From assembly GCA_963839305.1 (NCBI GenBank), contig CAWIUL010000011.1, positions 2,249,561 to 2,313,560 on the forward strand: a DNA stretch of 64,000 bases. Reading direction: 5' to 3'. Both the position numbers and the translations under genes were made by a program. The DNA comes from an uncultured delta proteobacterium. GTDB taxonomy: Bacteria; Myxococcota_A; Polyangia; Polyangiales; Polyangiaceae. The notes under the pieces are model-generated. The model was not told the DNA's origin. It saw only the letters and a program-made list of their open reading frames with translations, and made no database searches. Each line of letters begins with the position of its first letter. Positions within the stretch are counted from its first letter, which is position 1. Of the stretch, positions 38,910 through 48,229 are shown piece after piece.

Positions 38910-41809
38910 TTACACCGCGTTACTTGCGGTGGAAGCGTCGCAGACGAGCGTGAACGGCTCGTCTCCGAGCTCGTACGACGAGCCACCGAGGATGACGCGC
39001 TCGGGCTTTTTCGGGTCGCTTTCGACGAGCGCGCGGAGGCGGTGCAGCGTGACGCGGATGCGCGTGCCGTCGTTGAGCGGGTGGAAGTTCTTCCGCTGCC
39101 AGACCTCGCGCGCGAGGTCCTCGAACGACGCCGAGCCGTCGTGACGCGCGAGGACCTCGAGCACCTTCGCGAGGAGCGCGTGTCGCGCGAACGAGACGCG
39201 CGTTCCGTCGGGGAGCCACACCGCGCGGCGTCGCGCGTCGAGACCCCAGCCGCGTCGCGGCGCCTTCGAGACGCGAGCGCGCACCACGTCCACGCCGTCT
39301 CTCGCCGCCGCGAGGAGGCGCTCGTCGATCGCATCGAGCGGAGCCGCGCGGTCTCCGAGGATGGCCTTGGCGCGGCGCGCGGCGGTCGGCGAGACGTCCT
39401 CGGCGAAGGCGGCCTCCTCGAGCACGGCGAGATCGAGGCGCGGCTCGTCGAACAGCGCGACGAGCACGCGCGACTCCAAATCGAAGCGCGCCGAGGTCAT
39501 CGACGCGGCGCGCTTGCCGATGGCGCGGGCCTCCGAGAGCGCGTCGCGCGTGTGGCCCGCGACGAACAGCGCGCCCGCGAGGAGCTCGCGCGACTCGCAC
39601 TCGCGCACGCCCCAGCCGTGCGTCTGCGCGAGATCGACCGCGCGCCGCGCGTGCGTGATCGCCACGGACGCGCCTCCGCCCGCGAGCAGCGCGTCGGTTG
39701 CGAGCACGATTTCGCGCACGATCGAGCCCTCGATGTCGATCGCGTCGGGCACGTCGTGTGGCAAGCCGAAGCGCGCGTGGCGAAGGGCGCGGCGAAGCGC
39801 GAGGAGGCTCCGCGCGACAGAGCCGACGGGCGACCCGTCGAGATCGAGCGGCTCGTCGCCGCGGCTGGCGCGGACGAGATCGAGCCGCTCGTTCGTATCG
39901 AGGCACCACGCGTGGACGAGCGCGTTCTGCGCGCGCGTGTCGACCATGAGCTGCTCGAGATCGCGCGGGACGTCACGGAACGCTCCCGCCGCGACGCGCC
40001 GCTCGATGTCGAGCAGGCGCGCGATCGTGTGGTACGTGGATACTCCGCCGACGGGAGTCGCCCGCAACAGCCTCGAAAGGATTCGCTCGGCTTCGTCGAG
40101 CTTGCCGCGCGCGATCGAGAGGTTCGCGATGCCATCGAGCTGCACGTACGACGCGCGGAGGTGATCGTCGACGTCGAGGTCGTCGCGACCCGCGGTGAGC
40201 TCGTCGTGCGCGCGATCGAGGTGGCCGCACTCCATGAACGCGGCCATGCGGTAGTAGCGCACGAAGAAGTCGAGCGGCCCGCCGAGGATCTCGTCCGCGA
40301 GGGCGGTCTCGAGCGGCGCGCGTCGACCGTGTCCGGTGCGCTCGAGCGTGCGCACGGAGTCGTCGATGCGCCCGACCTCCGCGAGCCAGAACGCCGACAG
40401 CGCGACGACGAGCGCGCGTGTCCCGTCGTCGATCGGCTCCGCGGCCTCGAGGAGCGCGAGGCCTCGCGCGGGCCCCGCGTGGACGCGCGCGGCCATCGCG
40501 TGCTCGACCGCCGCCCAGAAGGCGATGCGCGAATCGCCGCTCTTCGCCGCGGCCAGGCAGAGCTTCTCGGCGGCCTTCACGGCCTCTGCGCCGCGCGACT
40601 CGACGAAGAGCGCGCGCACCCAGAGCAGCCGATCGCGGAGCGCGCTCGCCGGGGGCTCGTCGAGGAGCGTCGTGATCTTGATGTCCGCGAGCTGCATCGC
40701 AACGCGCAGCTTGTACGTGCTCCACGCGGCGCCCTCGCGCGTCGCGACGAGCTTCCACAGCGCGCTCGCGTGACCCGCGCGGAGCATCGCGTCGAACGAG
40801 GTCTCGCAGACCGCGAGCGCGCGCTTTTCGTCCTTCGTCTTGAGCGCGAGCCGGAGGCCCTCGAGCGCGTCCGCGTCGCCGCCCGCCGCGAGCGCCGCGA
40901 TCGTGCGGCCGCTCTCGGGCGAGGCCTCGTCGGCGTACGTGTCGACGAGCGGGCGCGCGGCCTCGTGGATGCGATACCCGCCCGCGACGGCTTCGACGAG
41001 CCCGCGGCGCACGAGGTCCGCCACGAGCGCGCGGACGTCCGCGTCGACCGTGCCGGCGAGGGCGCCGCCCGAGATGGGCCGCTCGACCGACGAGAGCGCC
41101 GCGAGGAGCGTCTTTCCCGTCTCGCCGACGTGCTCGCTGCGACCCACGATTTCGCGCACCTTCCACGGCGAGCCCGCGGCTTCCTTGGCGACGCGCGCGG
41201 CCTCGGCGCTCGTGAGCTTCCGATCGACGAGCTTCGCGAGCGACGCGAGGTGCTTCTCGGATAGCGGAACGAGCCGGATGATCTGCCCATCGAGCTCCTT
41301 GGGTATTCGCGACGTCCCGCCGGCGGCGGAATCCGTCGACCGCGGTCGGCGCTTCGCGGCTCGTCGCGAGCCACGAGGCCCGCCGCGCGTAACGCGCGAC
41401 CGCGACGAGCAGCGACGTCGCCTCGGGGAGCGCGTGGTGGATGTCGTCGAGCACGACGAGCGCGCGCTCGGCCTCCGCGAGGTCGATCGCGAGCATCGGC
41501 AAATCCGAGCCTTCGCGCGGCGCCACGTGGCCGAGCGCGCGCACGACGTCGACGAGCGTCTGCGAGAACGGCTCGTTGGGACGCACGCTCACCATCACGG
41601 CTCGAGACGCACGCTTGCCGAAGACGTCGCGCACCGCGGCCGACGCGAGCGCGGTCTTTCCGAGGCCGCCCGCTGCCGCAGAGCACGACGACGGGCCCGC
41701 GCTTCGCCGCCGCGGCGATCGCCTTCATCTCGTCGCGACGTCCGACGAACGTCGCGGGCGCGTTCGGAACGCGAAACGCGAGCGGAACGGCACGTGTCTT
41801 CGCGGACAT
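38910..41809 (-). CDS. P-loop NTPase (STAND-like) regulator with C-terminal OmpR/PhoB-type winged-helix domain; Walker A disrupted by apparent +1 frameshift near 41645
   Basis: The N-terminus MSAKTRAVPLAFRVPNAPATFVGRRDEMKAIAAAAKRGPVVVLCGSG.. changes frame into GGLGKTALASAAVRDVFGKR..LVVLDDIHH... (ORF 39973..41634 frame). Both frames join ORF 38910..41159, whose C-terminus ..VWQRKNFHPLNDGTRIRVTLHRLRALVESDPKKPERVILGGSSYELG.. resembles trans_reg_C. Confidence 0.6.
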
Positions 41810-41859
41810 GTAACGCAGTGTAACGACCTACGGGCCGCGGCGCGCGCTATCCGAACGTC

Positions 41860-42297
41860 ATGGCATTTCGCAGCTTCGCGCACTGGTCGGGCCGCTCCGA
41901 GGCGGCGCCTGCGCGCCGCGTGGTGTCGCGGCTCTGCTGCATCGGCGCGCTCTCGCCGTCCGACGTCGACGATCTGCGCCGAATGAGCGATCTCCGCGAT
42001 CTCACGCTCGAGGGCATCGAGACGTTCCCGCGCGCGCTCTGCGATCTCGTTCAGCTCCGTTCGCTCACGATCAACCGGCGCGGCGAGGATGGCGTGGCCG
42101 AGCTTCCGAGCGACATCGACAAGCTCGTCGCGCTCCGCACGCTGCGCGTCCGCGCCAAGCGCCTCGAGTCGCTGCCGGACTCGATCGCGGACCTCGACGC
42201 GTTGGTCGAGCTCGACCTCCGCCACAGCGGCGTTCAGCGCTTGCCGGCGCGCTTGATGGAGGTCCCGCGTCTACGGCGGATCTACGTCGCCCGCTAA
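41860..42297 (+). CDS. leucine-rich repeat (LRR) protein, small
   Basis: Tandem LxxLxxLxL repeats: ..LRSLTINRRGEDGVAELPSDIDKLVALRTLRVRAKRLESLPDSIADLDALVELDLRHSGVQRLPARL... Confidence 0.55.
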   Translation: MAFRSFAHWSGRSEAAPARRVVSRLCCIGALSPSDVDDLRRMSDLRDLTLEGIETFPRALCDLVQLRSLTINRRGEDGVAELPSDIDKLVALRTLRVRAKRLESLPDSIADLDALVELDLRHSGVQRLPARLMEVPRLRRIYVAR

Positions 42298-42323
42298 CCC
42301 TTCTTCTCGCGTAAAATGAAGCC

Positions 42324-42917
42324 GTGCGACCCCGAGCGCGTGACGCGACGCTGGCAGGCGCGGTCCTCGCGGCCGTGGCTGCGTCGTCGTGCTGCATCGG
42401 TCCGCTCGTCGTGGCCGCGCTCGGGATCGGCGGAGCCGGCGCATTCGCGGCGCTCGCCGCTTACCGTCCCTACGTCCTTGGTGCGACGGCGTCGCTCCTC
42501 GCGCTCGGATTTCATCTGACCTATCGCGCGCCGCGTGCGGCGGACGCGTGCGGCTGCCAACGACCACGGGCGAACCGCGCGGGCCGCATCGGGCTGTGGC
42601 TCGCGACGGCGCTCGTGGCGGGGCTCGCCGCTTCACCGACGCTCTTGGCGGCGATCTCCGCTCGACGGCCCGTCCCCGCAGCGGCCGGCGCCGAGCTCTC
42701 GCACGCGGTCCTCTTGGTGCGAGGGGTCGATTGTCAGGCGTGCGCGATGCCCATTCGCAGAGCGCTGACGAACGTCGGAGGTTTGCACGATGTCACGCTC
42801 GACGTGAGCGCACGAACCGTCGGCGTGACGTACGAGCCCGCTCGCGGCAGGCTCGACGCGTACGTCGCCGCGATCGACGCGCTCGGTTACGAAGCGAGCC
42901 TCGAGAGCTCGTTCTAG
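42324..42917 (+). CDS. merT: MerT-like heavy-metal transporter fused to C-terminal HMA (MerP-like) domain
   Basis: GTG start. TM1 ..AAVAASSCCIGPLVVAALG.. matches the MerT CC motif. C-terminal ..VRGVDCQACAMPIRRAL..VTLDVSARTVGVTYEP.. is an HMA fold with a CxxC pair. Confidence 0.75.
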   Translation: MRPRARDATLAGAVLAAVAASSCCIGPLVVAALGIGGAGAFAALAAYRPYVLGATASLLALGFHLTYRAPRAADACGCQRPRANRAGRIGLWLATALVAGLAASPTLLAAISARRPVPAAAGAELSHAVLLVRGVDCQACAMPIRRALTNVGGLHDVTLDVSARTVGVTYEPARGRLDAYVAAIDALGYEASLESSF

Positions 42918-44488
42918 ATCCCGAAGACGTCACCGTTGGCGTCGACGCCGATCGATTCTGCCCCTGGTTTTTCGGGCAATCCTGGCATCGTGAGCACGTG
43001 GCCCGCGAGCGCGAGCACGTAGCCCGCGCCCGCGTAGAGGCGCACGTCGTCGATCGGAAACGTGAAGCCCTCGGGGCGGTTCACGAGCTTGGGATCGTGG
43101 CTGAGCGACGCAGGCGTCTTCGCGATGCACACGGGGAGCGCGCCGAAGCCGCGTGCCTCGAGCGCGGCGAGCTTGCGCTGCGCGACCTCGCCGAGGTCGA
43201 CGCTCGCGGCCCCGTAGACGCGCGTCGCGACGGTCTCGAGCTTGCGACGCAGGTCCCACGCGAGCTCGTAGATCGGGATCGCCGGCTTCGCGATCGCGAG
43301 CGCGTCGAGCACCGCGCGCGCGAGCGCCTCGCCTCCCGCGCCGCCCTTTTCGTGGACCTCCGAGCGCGCGGTGGGAACGCCGATCGCGCGCGCGCAGTCG
43401 TCGAGCGCGGCGAGCTCGCTCGCGGAGTCGTCGCCGAAGACGTTGATCGCGATGACCGGCGTCACGCCGAAGAGCCGCGCGTTCTCGACGTGCTTCTCGA
43501 CGTTGCGGAACCCCACGCGCACGTCGCCCGCGCCGTGGAAACGGACGGCGCGCGTCGTCACGACGATCACGGCGACCTCGGGCGCGAAGCCCGCGTCGCG
43601 GCATTTCAAATCGACGAGCTTCTCGAGCCCGCAGTCCGTGCCGAAGCCCGCTTCGGTCACGACGACGTCCGCGTGCGCGAGCGCGACGCGATCGGCCACC
43701 ACCGACGAGTTTCCCGTCGCGACGTTCGCGAACGGTCCCGTGTGCACGAGCACCGCGTTGCCCTCGAGGGTCTGGACGACGTTCGGCGCGATCGCGTCGC
43801 GCAAGAGCGCCGCCATCGCGCCGTGCGCGTGAAGCTCGGCCGCGGTCACGAAGCTCGCGTCTTCTCTCGCGCGCGCTCCGACGACCGTGCGCGCGAGGCG
43901 CTGCTCGAGGTCTTCGAGATCGCGCGCGAGCGACAGCGTCGACATCGTCTCGCAGGCGGCCACGATGTCGAACGCGCCCTCGCGCGCGAGCTTCGTCCCC
44001 GCGTTCAGCACGATGCGGCGGAGAGCGCGGTCGTCCATGTCGATCGCGCGGCCGCACCAGACGTCGGCGATCCCGAGCGCGTTCTGGTGGAACACGTGGT
44101 TGTCGGTCATCGCCGCGAGGAGGTTCTGCGCCGCAGCGACCGCGTGAAAATCCCCCGTGAAGTGCAGGTTGATCTCGTCGCTCGGCACCATGCGCGCGAG
44201 ACCCGAGCCCGTCGCGCCGCCCTTCAAGCCGAAGATGGGTCCGAGCGAGGGCTGCCTCAGCGTCGCGAGCGCGCGCGTCCCGAGCCGCGCGAGCGCGTCC
44301 GTGAGCCCGAGCGCGGTCACGGTCTTCCCTTCCCCGTGCGGCGTCGGGTTGATCGACGTGACGCAGACGAGCCGCCCGCGCGCCGCTCCCGCCTCCGCGC
44401 CGCGGATCTTGGCCTTGAAGCGCCCGAGCGCCTCGACGCGATCGCGCGGGAAACCCGCGCTTTCAGCGACGTCTACGATCGGACGCAT
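42914..44488 (-). CDS. fhs: formate--tetrahydrofolate ligase
   Basis: ..MRPIVDVAESAGF..RFKAKI..VTSINPTPHGEGKTVTALGL.. (FTHFS P-loop PTPAGEGKTT). 524 aa. Confidence 0.9.
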   Translation of the reverse strand: MRPIVDVAESAGFPRDRVEALGRFKAKIRGAEAGAARGRLVCVTSINPTPHGEGKTVTALGLTDALARLGTRALATLRQPSLGPIFGLKGGATGSGLARMVPSDEINLHFTGDFHAVAAAQNLLAAMTDNHVFHQNALGIADVWCGRAIDMDDRALRRIVLNAGTKLAREGAFDIVAACETMSTLSLARDLEDLEQRLARTVVGARAREDASFVTAAELHAHGAMAALLRDAIAPNVVQTLEGNAVLVHTGPFANVATGNSSVVADRVALAHADVVVTEAGFGTDCGLEKLVDLKCRDAGFAPEVAVIVVTTRAVRFHGAGDVRVGFRNVEKHVENARLFGVTPVIAINVFGDDSASELAALDDCARAIGVPTARSEVHEKGGAGGEALARAVLDALAIAKPAIPIYELAWDLRRKLETVATRVYGAASVDLGEVAQRKLAALEARGFGALPVCIAKTPASLSHDPKLVNRPEGFTFPIDDVRLYAGAGYVLALAGHVLTMPGLPEKPGAESIGVDANGDVFGI

Positions 44489-44494
44489 GAGGAA

Positions 44495-44570
44495 TGGTGG
44501 GCGAACCGGGACTTGAACCCGGAGCCAACGGATTAAGAGTCCGCTGCTCTACCAATTGAGCTATTCGCCC
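44495..44570 (-). tRNA. tRNA-Lys (anticodon CTT)
   Basis: The reverse complement folds as a cloverleaf. Acceptor GGGCGAA/TTCGCCC, D-arm GCTC..GAGC, anticodon stem GCGGA/TCCGT with loop CTCTTAA, T-arm CCGGG-TTCAAGT-CCCGG. Discriminator A and an encoded CCA. 76 nt. Confidence 0.85.
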
Positions 44571-44652
44571 TGGAACGCCGCGTAGTTATATGTCGCTCGA
44601 AGCCCTGTCAAGCGACGCAGGATGATGACGGCCCGGCTAAGGTGAATCTGAC

Positions 44653-45366
44653 GTGAAGACGACCAGGCAAGCGGTGATTCTCGCGGGCGGGTTGGCGACG
44701 CGCATGCGCCCGCGAACGCTGACCATTCCGAAGCTCCTGCTCGAGGTGCAGACGAAGGACGGGCCGCGCCCATTCGCCGATTTGCAGCTCGAATTGCTTG
44801 CACAGTGCAAGTATCAGAGCGTCGTGATGTGCGTCGCGCACCTCGCCGATCAGGTTCGCGCGTACGTCGGAGACGGCAAACGCTGGGGTCTCGACGTCGA
44901 GTACTCGGACGAAGGAAAAGAGCTCCTCGGCACCGGCGGCGCGCTCCGCATGGCCGCCCCGCGCCTCGAGGACACGTTCCTCGTGACGTACGGCGACAGC
45001 TATTTGCCCTTCGATTACGCCGCACCGCTCGACGTGCTGCGCGCCCACGACGACTGCGACGGCGTCATGAGCGTCTTCGCGAACGCGGGGCTGTGGGACG
45101 CGTCCAACGTCCGCACCGACGGGACCTGGGTCCTCGCGTACGAGAAGGGGACGAAGGATCCGGCGTTCGACCACATCGACTACGGCGCGATCGCGCTCCG
45201 CAAGTCGACCACGCTCGAGCTCCCCGAACGGCAGCGCTGCGGCTTGGATGAGCTCCAAGCGAAGCTCGCCGCACGCGGCCGCTTGCGGGCGTGGGTCGCG
45301 CGTGAGAGGTTCTACGAGATTGGCTCTCCGGAGGGACTCGCCGCGCTCGAGCAGCGGCTTTCGTAA
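44653..45366 (+). CDS. sugar-phosphate nucleotidyltransferase (HddC/GmhD-like heptose-1-P NTase candidate)
   Basis: GTG start. ..AVILAGGLATRMRP.. NTP_transferase motif. 237 aa. Confidence 0.8.
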   Translation: MKTTRQAVILAGGLATRMRPRTLTIPKLLLEVQTKDGPRPFADLQLELLAQCKYQSVVMCVAHLADQVRAYVGDGKRWGLDVEYSDEGKELLGTGGALRMAAPRLEDTFLVTYGDSYLPFDYAAPLDVLRAHDDCDGVMSVFANAGLWDASNVRTDGTWVLAYEKGTKDPAFDHIDYGAIALRKSTTLELPERQRCGLDELQAKLAARGRLRAWVARERFYEIGSPEGLAALEQRLS

Positions 45367-45372
45367 CACCCC

Positions 45373-46368
45373 ATGATCGTCTCACGCGCTCCTGTTCGCT
45401 TTTCTTTGGGTGGTGGCGGCACCGACCTGCCGACGTATTCGCGAGAGCACGGCGGCTTCCTCGTCGCCGCGGCGATCGACAAGTACGTCAACCTCTGCGT
45501 CGCGCCACGCTTCCAGAACAACATCCGACTCGCGTACTCGAAGACCGAGCTCGTCGACTCGGTCGACCAAATCGAGCACCGCATCTTCCGCGAGGCGATG
45601 CGGTTCGTCGGCACGACGAACCCGATGGAGCTCCACAGCCTGGCGGACGTGCCGTCGAACACCGGGCTCGGATCGTCGTCGTCGTTCACGGTCGCGCTCA
45701 TCAACGGCCTCCACGCGTTCAAGCGCGAGTTCGTCGGCACCGAGCAGCTCGCGCACGAGGCCTGCCACATCGAGATCGACATCCTGAAGGAGCCGATCGG
45801 CAAGCAGGACCAGTACATCGCCGCGTACGGCGGGATCACCGCGTTCACGTTCGAGAAGGACGGCTCGGTCCACGCCGAGCGCCTGCCCGTGAAGGACGAC
45901 GTCATCGACGAGCTCGAGTCGAGCCTCCTCATCTTCTACTCGGGCGTCGAGCGCTCGGCGTCGGCGGTCCTCAGCGAGCAAGCCAAGACGGTGAAGGCGA
46001 ACAAGGACGACGCCGTCGCGCGCATGCACCGCATCAAAGAGATGGGCTACGAGACGAAGAAGCTCCTCCTCGAGGGCAACGTCGACCTCTACGGCGAGCT
46101 GCTCCACGAGCACTGGATGAACAAGCGGAAGCTCGCCGCCAACATGACCGACTCGGCCATCGACGAGCACTACGAGGCCGCGCGCAAGGCGGGAGCCATC
46201 GGCGGCAAGCTCATGGGCGCGGGCGGCGGCGGATTCTTCATGTTCTACGCGCGCGCGACCGAGCGCCGCAAAGTGTACGACACGCTCGTCAGCCGCGGTC
46301 TACGCCCCATGCGCTTCCGCTTCGATTTCGACGGCGCGCGCATCCTGGCTAATTTCCATCGTTCTTAG
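45373..46368 (+). CDS. GHMP-family sugar kinase (HddA-like D-glycero-D-manno-heptose-7-P kinase candidate)
   Basis: MIVSRAPVRFSLGGGGTDLP.. then GHMP motif ..PSNTGLGSSSS... Confidence 0.85.
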   Translation: MIVSRAPVRFSLGGGGTDLPTYSREHGGFLVAAAIDKYVNLCVAPRFQNNIRLAYSKTELVDSVDQIEHRIFREAMRFVGTTNPMELHSLADVPSNTGLGSSSSFTVALINGLHAFKREFVGTEQLAHEACHIEIDILKEPIGKQDQYIAAYGGITAFTFEKDGSVHAERLPVKDDVIDELESSLLIFYSGVERSASAVLSEQAKTVKANKDDAVARMHRIKEMGYETKKLLLEGNVDLYGELLHEHWMNKRKLAANMTDSAIDEHYEAARKAGAIGGKLMGAGGGGFFMFYARATERRKVYDTLVSRGLRPMRFRFDFDGARILANFHRS

Positions 46369-46416
46369 TGCTAAAGACATAAGTACAGAGCGACATTTCT
46401 TGGGAGGTTTCGTTTC

Positions 46417-47070
46417 ATGGCCATCTTCATCGACAGCTCCGACCCGAAAGAAATCAAGGACCTCTTCGGTTGGGGCGTGCTCTCGGGCGTCACCACGAAC
46501 CCGCTCATCATCTCGAAGGAGCGCCCCGGCGCGGACCTCGGCGAGGTCGTCCGCGAGGTGCTCGCGGTGAGCTGGGGCGACGTCTCGGTGGAGCTGACGA
46601 CGGAAACCGAGAAGGAGATGATCGAGGAGTCCGCGCAGTATCACGCGTGGGATCCGGCGCGCATCACGATCAAGGTCCCGATGAGCGAGACCGGCCTCCG
46701 CGTGCTCCACCAGCTCGCGAAGAAGGGCGTGAAGACGAACGTCACGTGCCTCATGTCGATGAACCAGGCGTACCTCGCGGCGCTCGCCGGCGCGACGTAC
46801 GTCAGCATCTTCAGCGGCCGCGTGCGCGACATGGGCTACGACGTGAAGCCGATCATCTCCGGCACGCGCAACATCCTCGATCGCGAGAACCTCCCGTCGA
46901 AGATCATCGTCGGCTCGATGCGCCACCTGATGGACGTGAACGAGGCGCTCGAGTGCGGCGCGCACTGCCCGACGATCACGCCCCCGATCCTCCGCAAGAT
47001 GGTGTGGAACCCGCGCACGATCGAGACGATCAACGAGTTCAACACCGCGTGGAAGAACCGCAAGAAGTAG
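46417..47070 (+). CDS. transaldolase / fructose-6-phosphate aldolase family protein
   Basis: MAIFIDSSDPKEIK..GVTTNPL.. is the classic Tal/Fsa N-terminus. Schiff-base Lys region ..ITIKVPM... 217 aa (Fsa/TalC-size). Confidence 0.85.
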   Translation: MAIFIDSSDPKEIKDLFGWGVLSGVTTNPLIISKERPGADLGEVVREVLAVSWGDVSVELTTETEKEMIEESAQYHAWDPARITIKVPMSETGLRVLHQLAKKGVKTNVTCLMSMNQAYLAALAGATYVSIFSGRVRDMGYDVKPIISGTRNILDRENLPSKIIVGSMRHLMDVNEALECGAHCPTITPPILRKMVWNPRTIETINEFNTAWKNRKK

Positions 47071-47283
47071 CGATTGTCCAGCGCTCGGCGTGAGCGATCT
47101 TGTCTTGAGCGCGAGTGGTGATGGAGATGCGGCAGCGTCGACGCCTCCGGCCGGACCGGCACGTGAACCCCGGTGCGCCACTCGCGCGTTGACGCGGCAG
47201 GTGGCGGCGCCGCCGCGAATTTCTCGCTGCCGCGTGTCGACGACAACGACAGCGTGGTCTGGTCGGCCGACGTGAGCTCCTGA

Positions 47284-48139
47284 CTAGTCTTTGACGGCGT
47301 AGGCGACCATGTCGCCCGTCGTGATCGGGAAGCCCGCGCGCATCACGGGCTGCGGCAGCACCTTGCTCGCGGTCCGCATGACGGGCGTGAAGAGCCAGTG
47401 CGGGAACTCGTCGAAGATGTGCGCCATGTAGCGGACGTTCATCGTCTTGAAGAGCGCGCGCGCGCGGTAGTCGTGGAAGCCGTTCTTCGCGAGCAGCGTC
47501 TCGAGATTCTTCTTCCCGAAGTAGAAGAGGTGCTCGACCTTGTAGTTCGTCCAGCGCATGCCCATCGTGCGCTGCGAGAGCGAGCCGACGTGGGGAACGG
47601 TGAGCGCGATCTTGCCGCCCGGCGCGAGGAGCTCGCGCGCCTTCGAGAGGACGCGCCCAGGGTCGCGAACGTGCTCGAGGAAGTCGCACATCGTGATCAC
47701 GTCGAAGGAGCCCTTCTCGAACGGCGCGTCCTCGAGGTGCCCGCGGAACGCGTGGTCCTTGCCGAAGCGCTCGGCGATTTTGTTCGCGCCGAACTCCGAG
47801 AGCTCGACGCCGTACGGGTCCCAGCCCATGTCCTTGGCGTCGCCCATCAGGAAGCCGGTCGCCGCGCCGCAGTCGAGGAGGCGCCCGCGCGGCGTGCCGG
47901 GGATGCCGCGCAGCACGCGGTGGAAGGTCGAGCGCTTCATCTGCTCGACGGCCTGCTTGTCCGTCTGCAGGCCCCACGCGTCGTAGTAGTGCTCGCCATA
48001 GATGCGATCGAGCGTCTCGTCCGTGGGCTGCGGGTCGATGCGCTCGAGCCCGCACTTCGCGCAGCGCACGAAGTGATGCTCGTCCTTCTCGCCGATCGGG
48101 CTGAAATCAGCCGCGCCGCACACTTCGCATGCTCTCATG
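47284..48139 (-). CDS. class I SAM-dependent methyltransferase with N-terminal Zn-ribbon
   Basis: MRACEVCGAADF..VRCAKCGL.. (CxxC..CxxC). ..LLDCGAATGFL.. motif I. ..PGGKIALTVP... Confidence 0.75.
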
Positions 48140-48229
48140 GCGGCGCGAGATAACCATGAGCGGTCTTTCCTGTCGAGCGGGCCTCGGTTGCTTGACGCGT
48201 TCGACCTCGCGAGGTTACCTCGCGGCATC

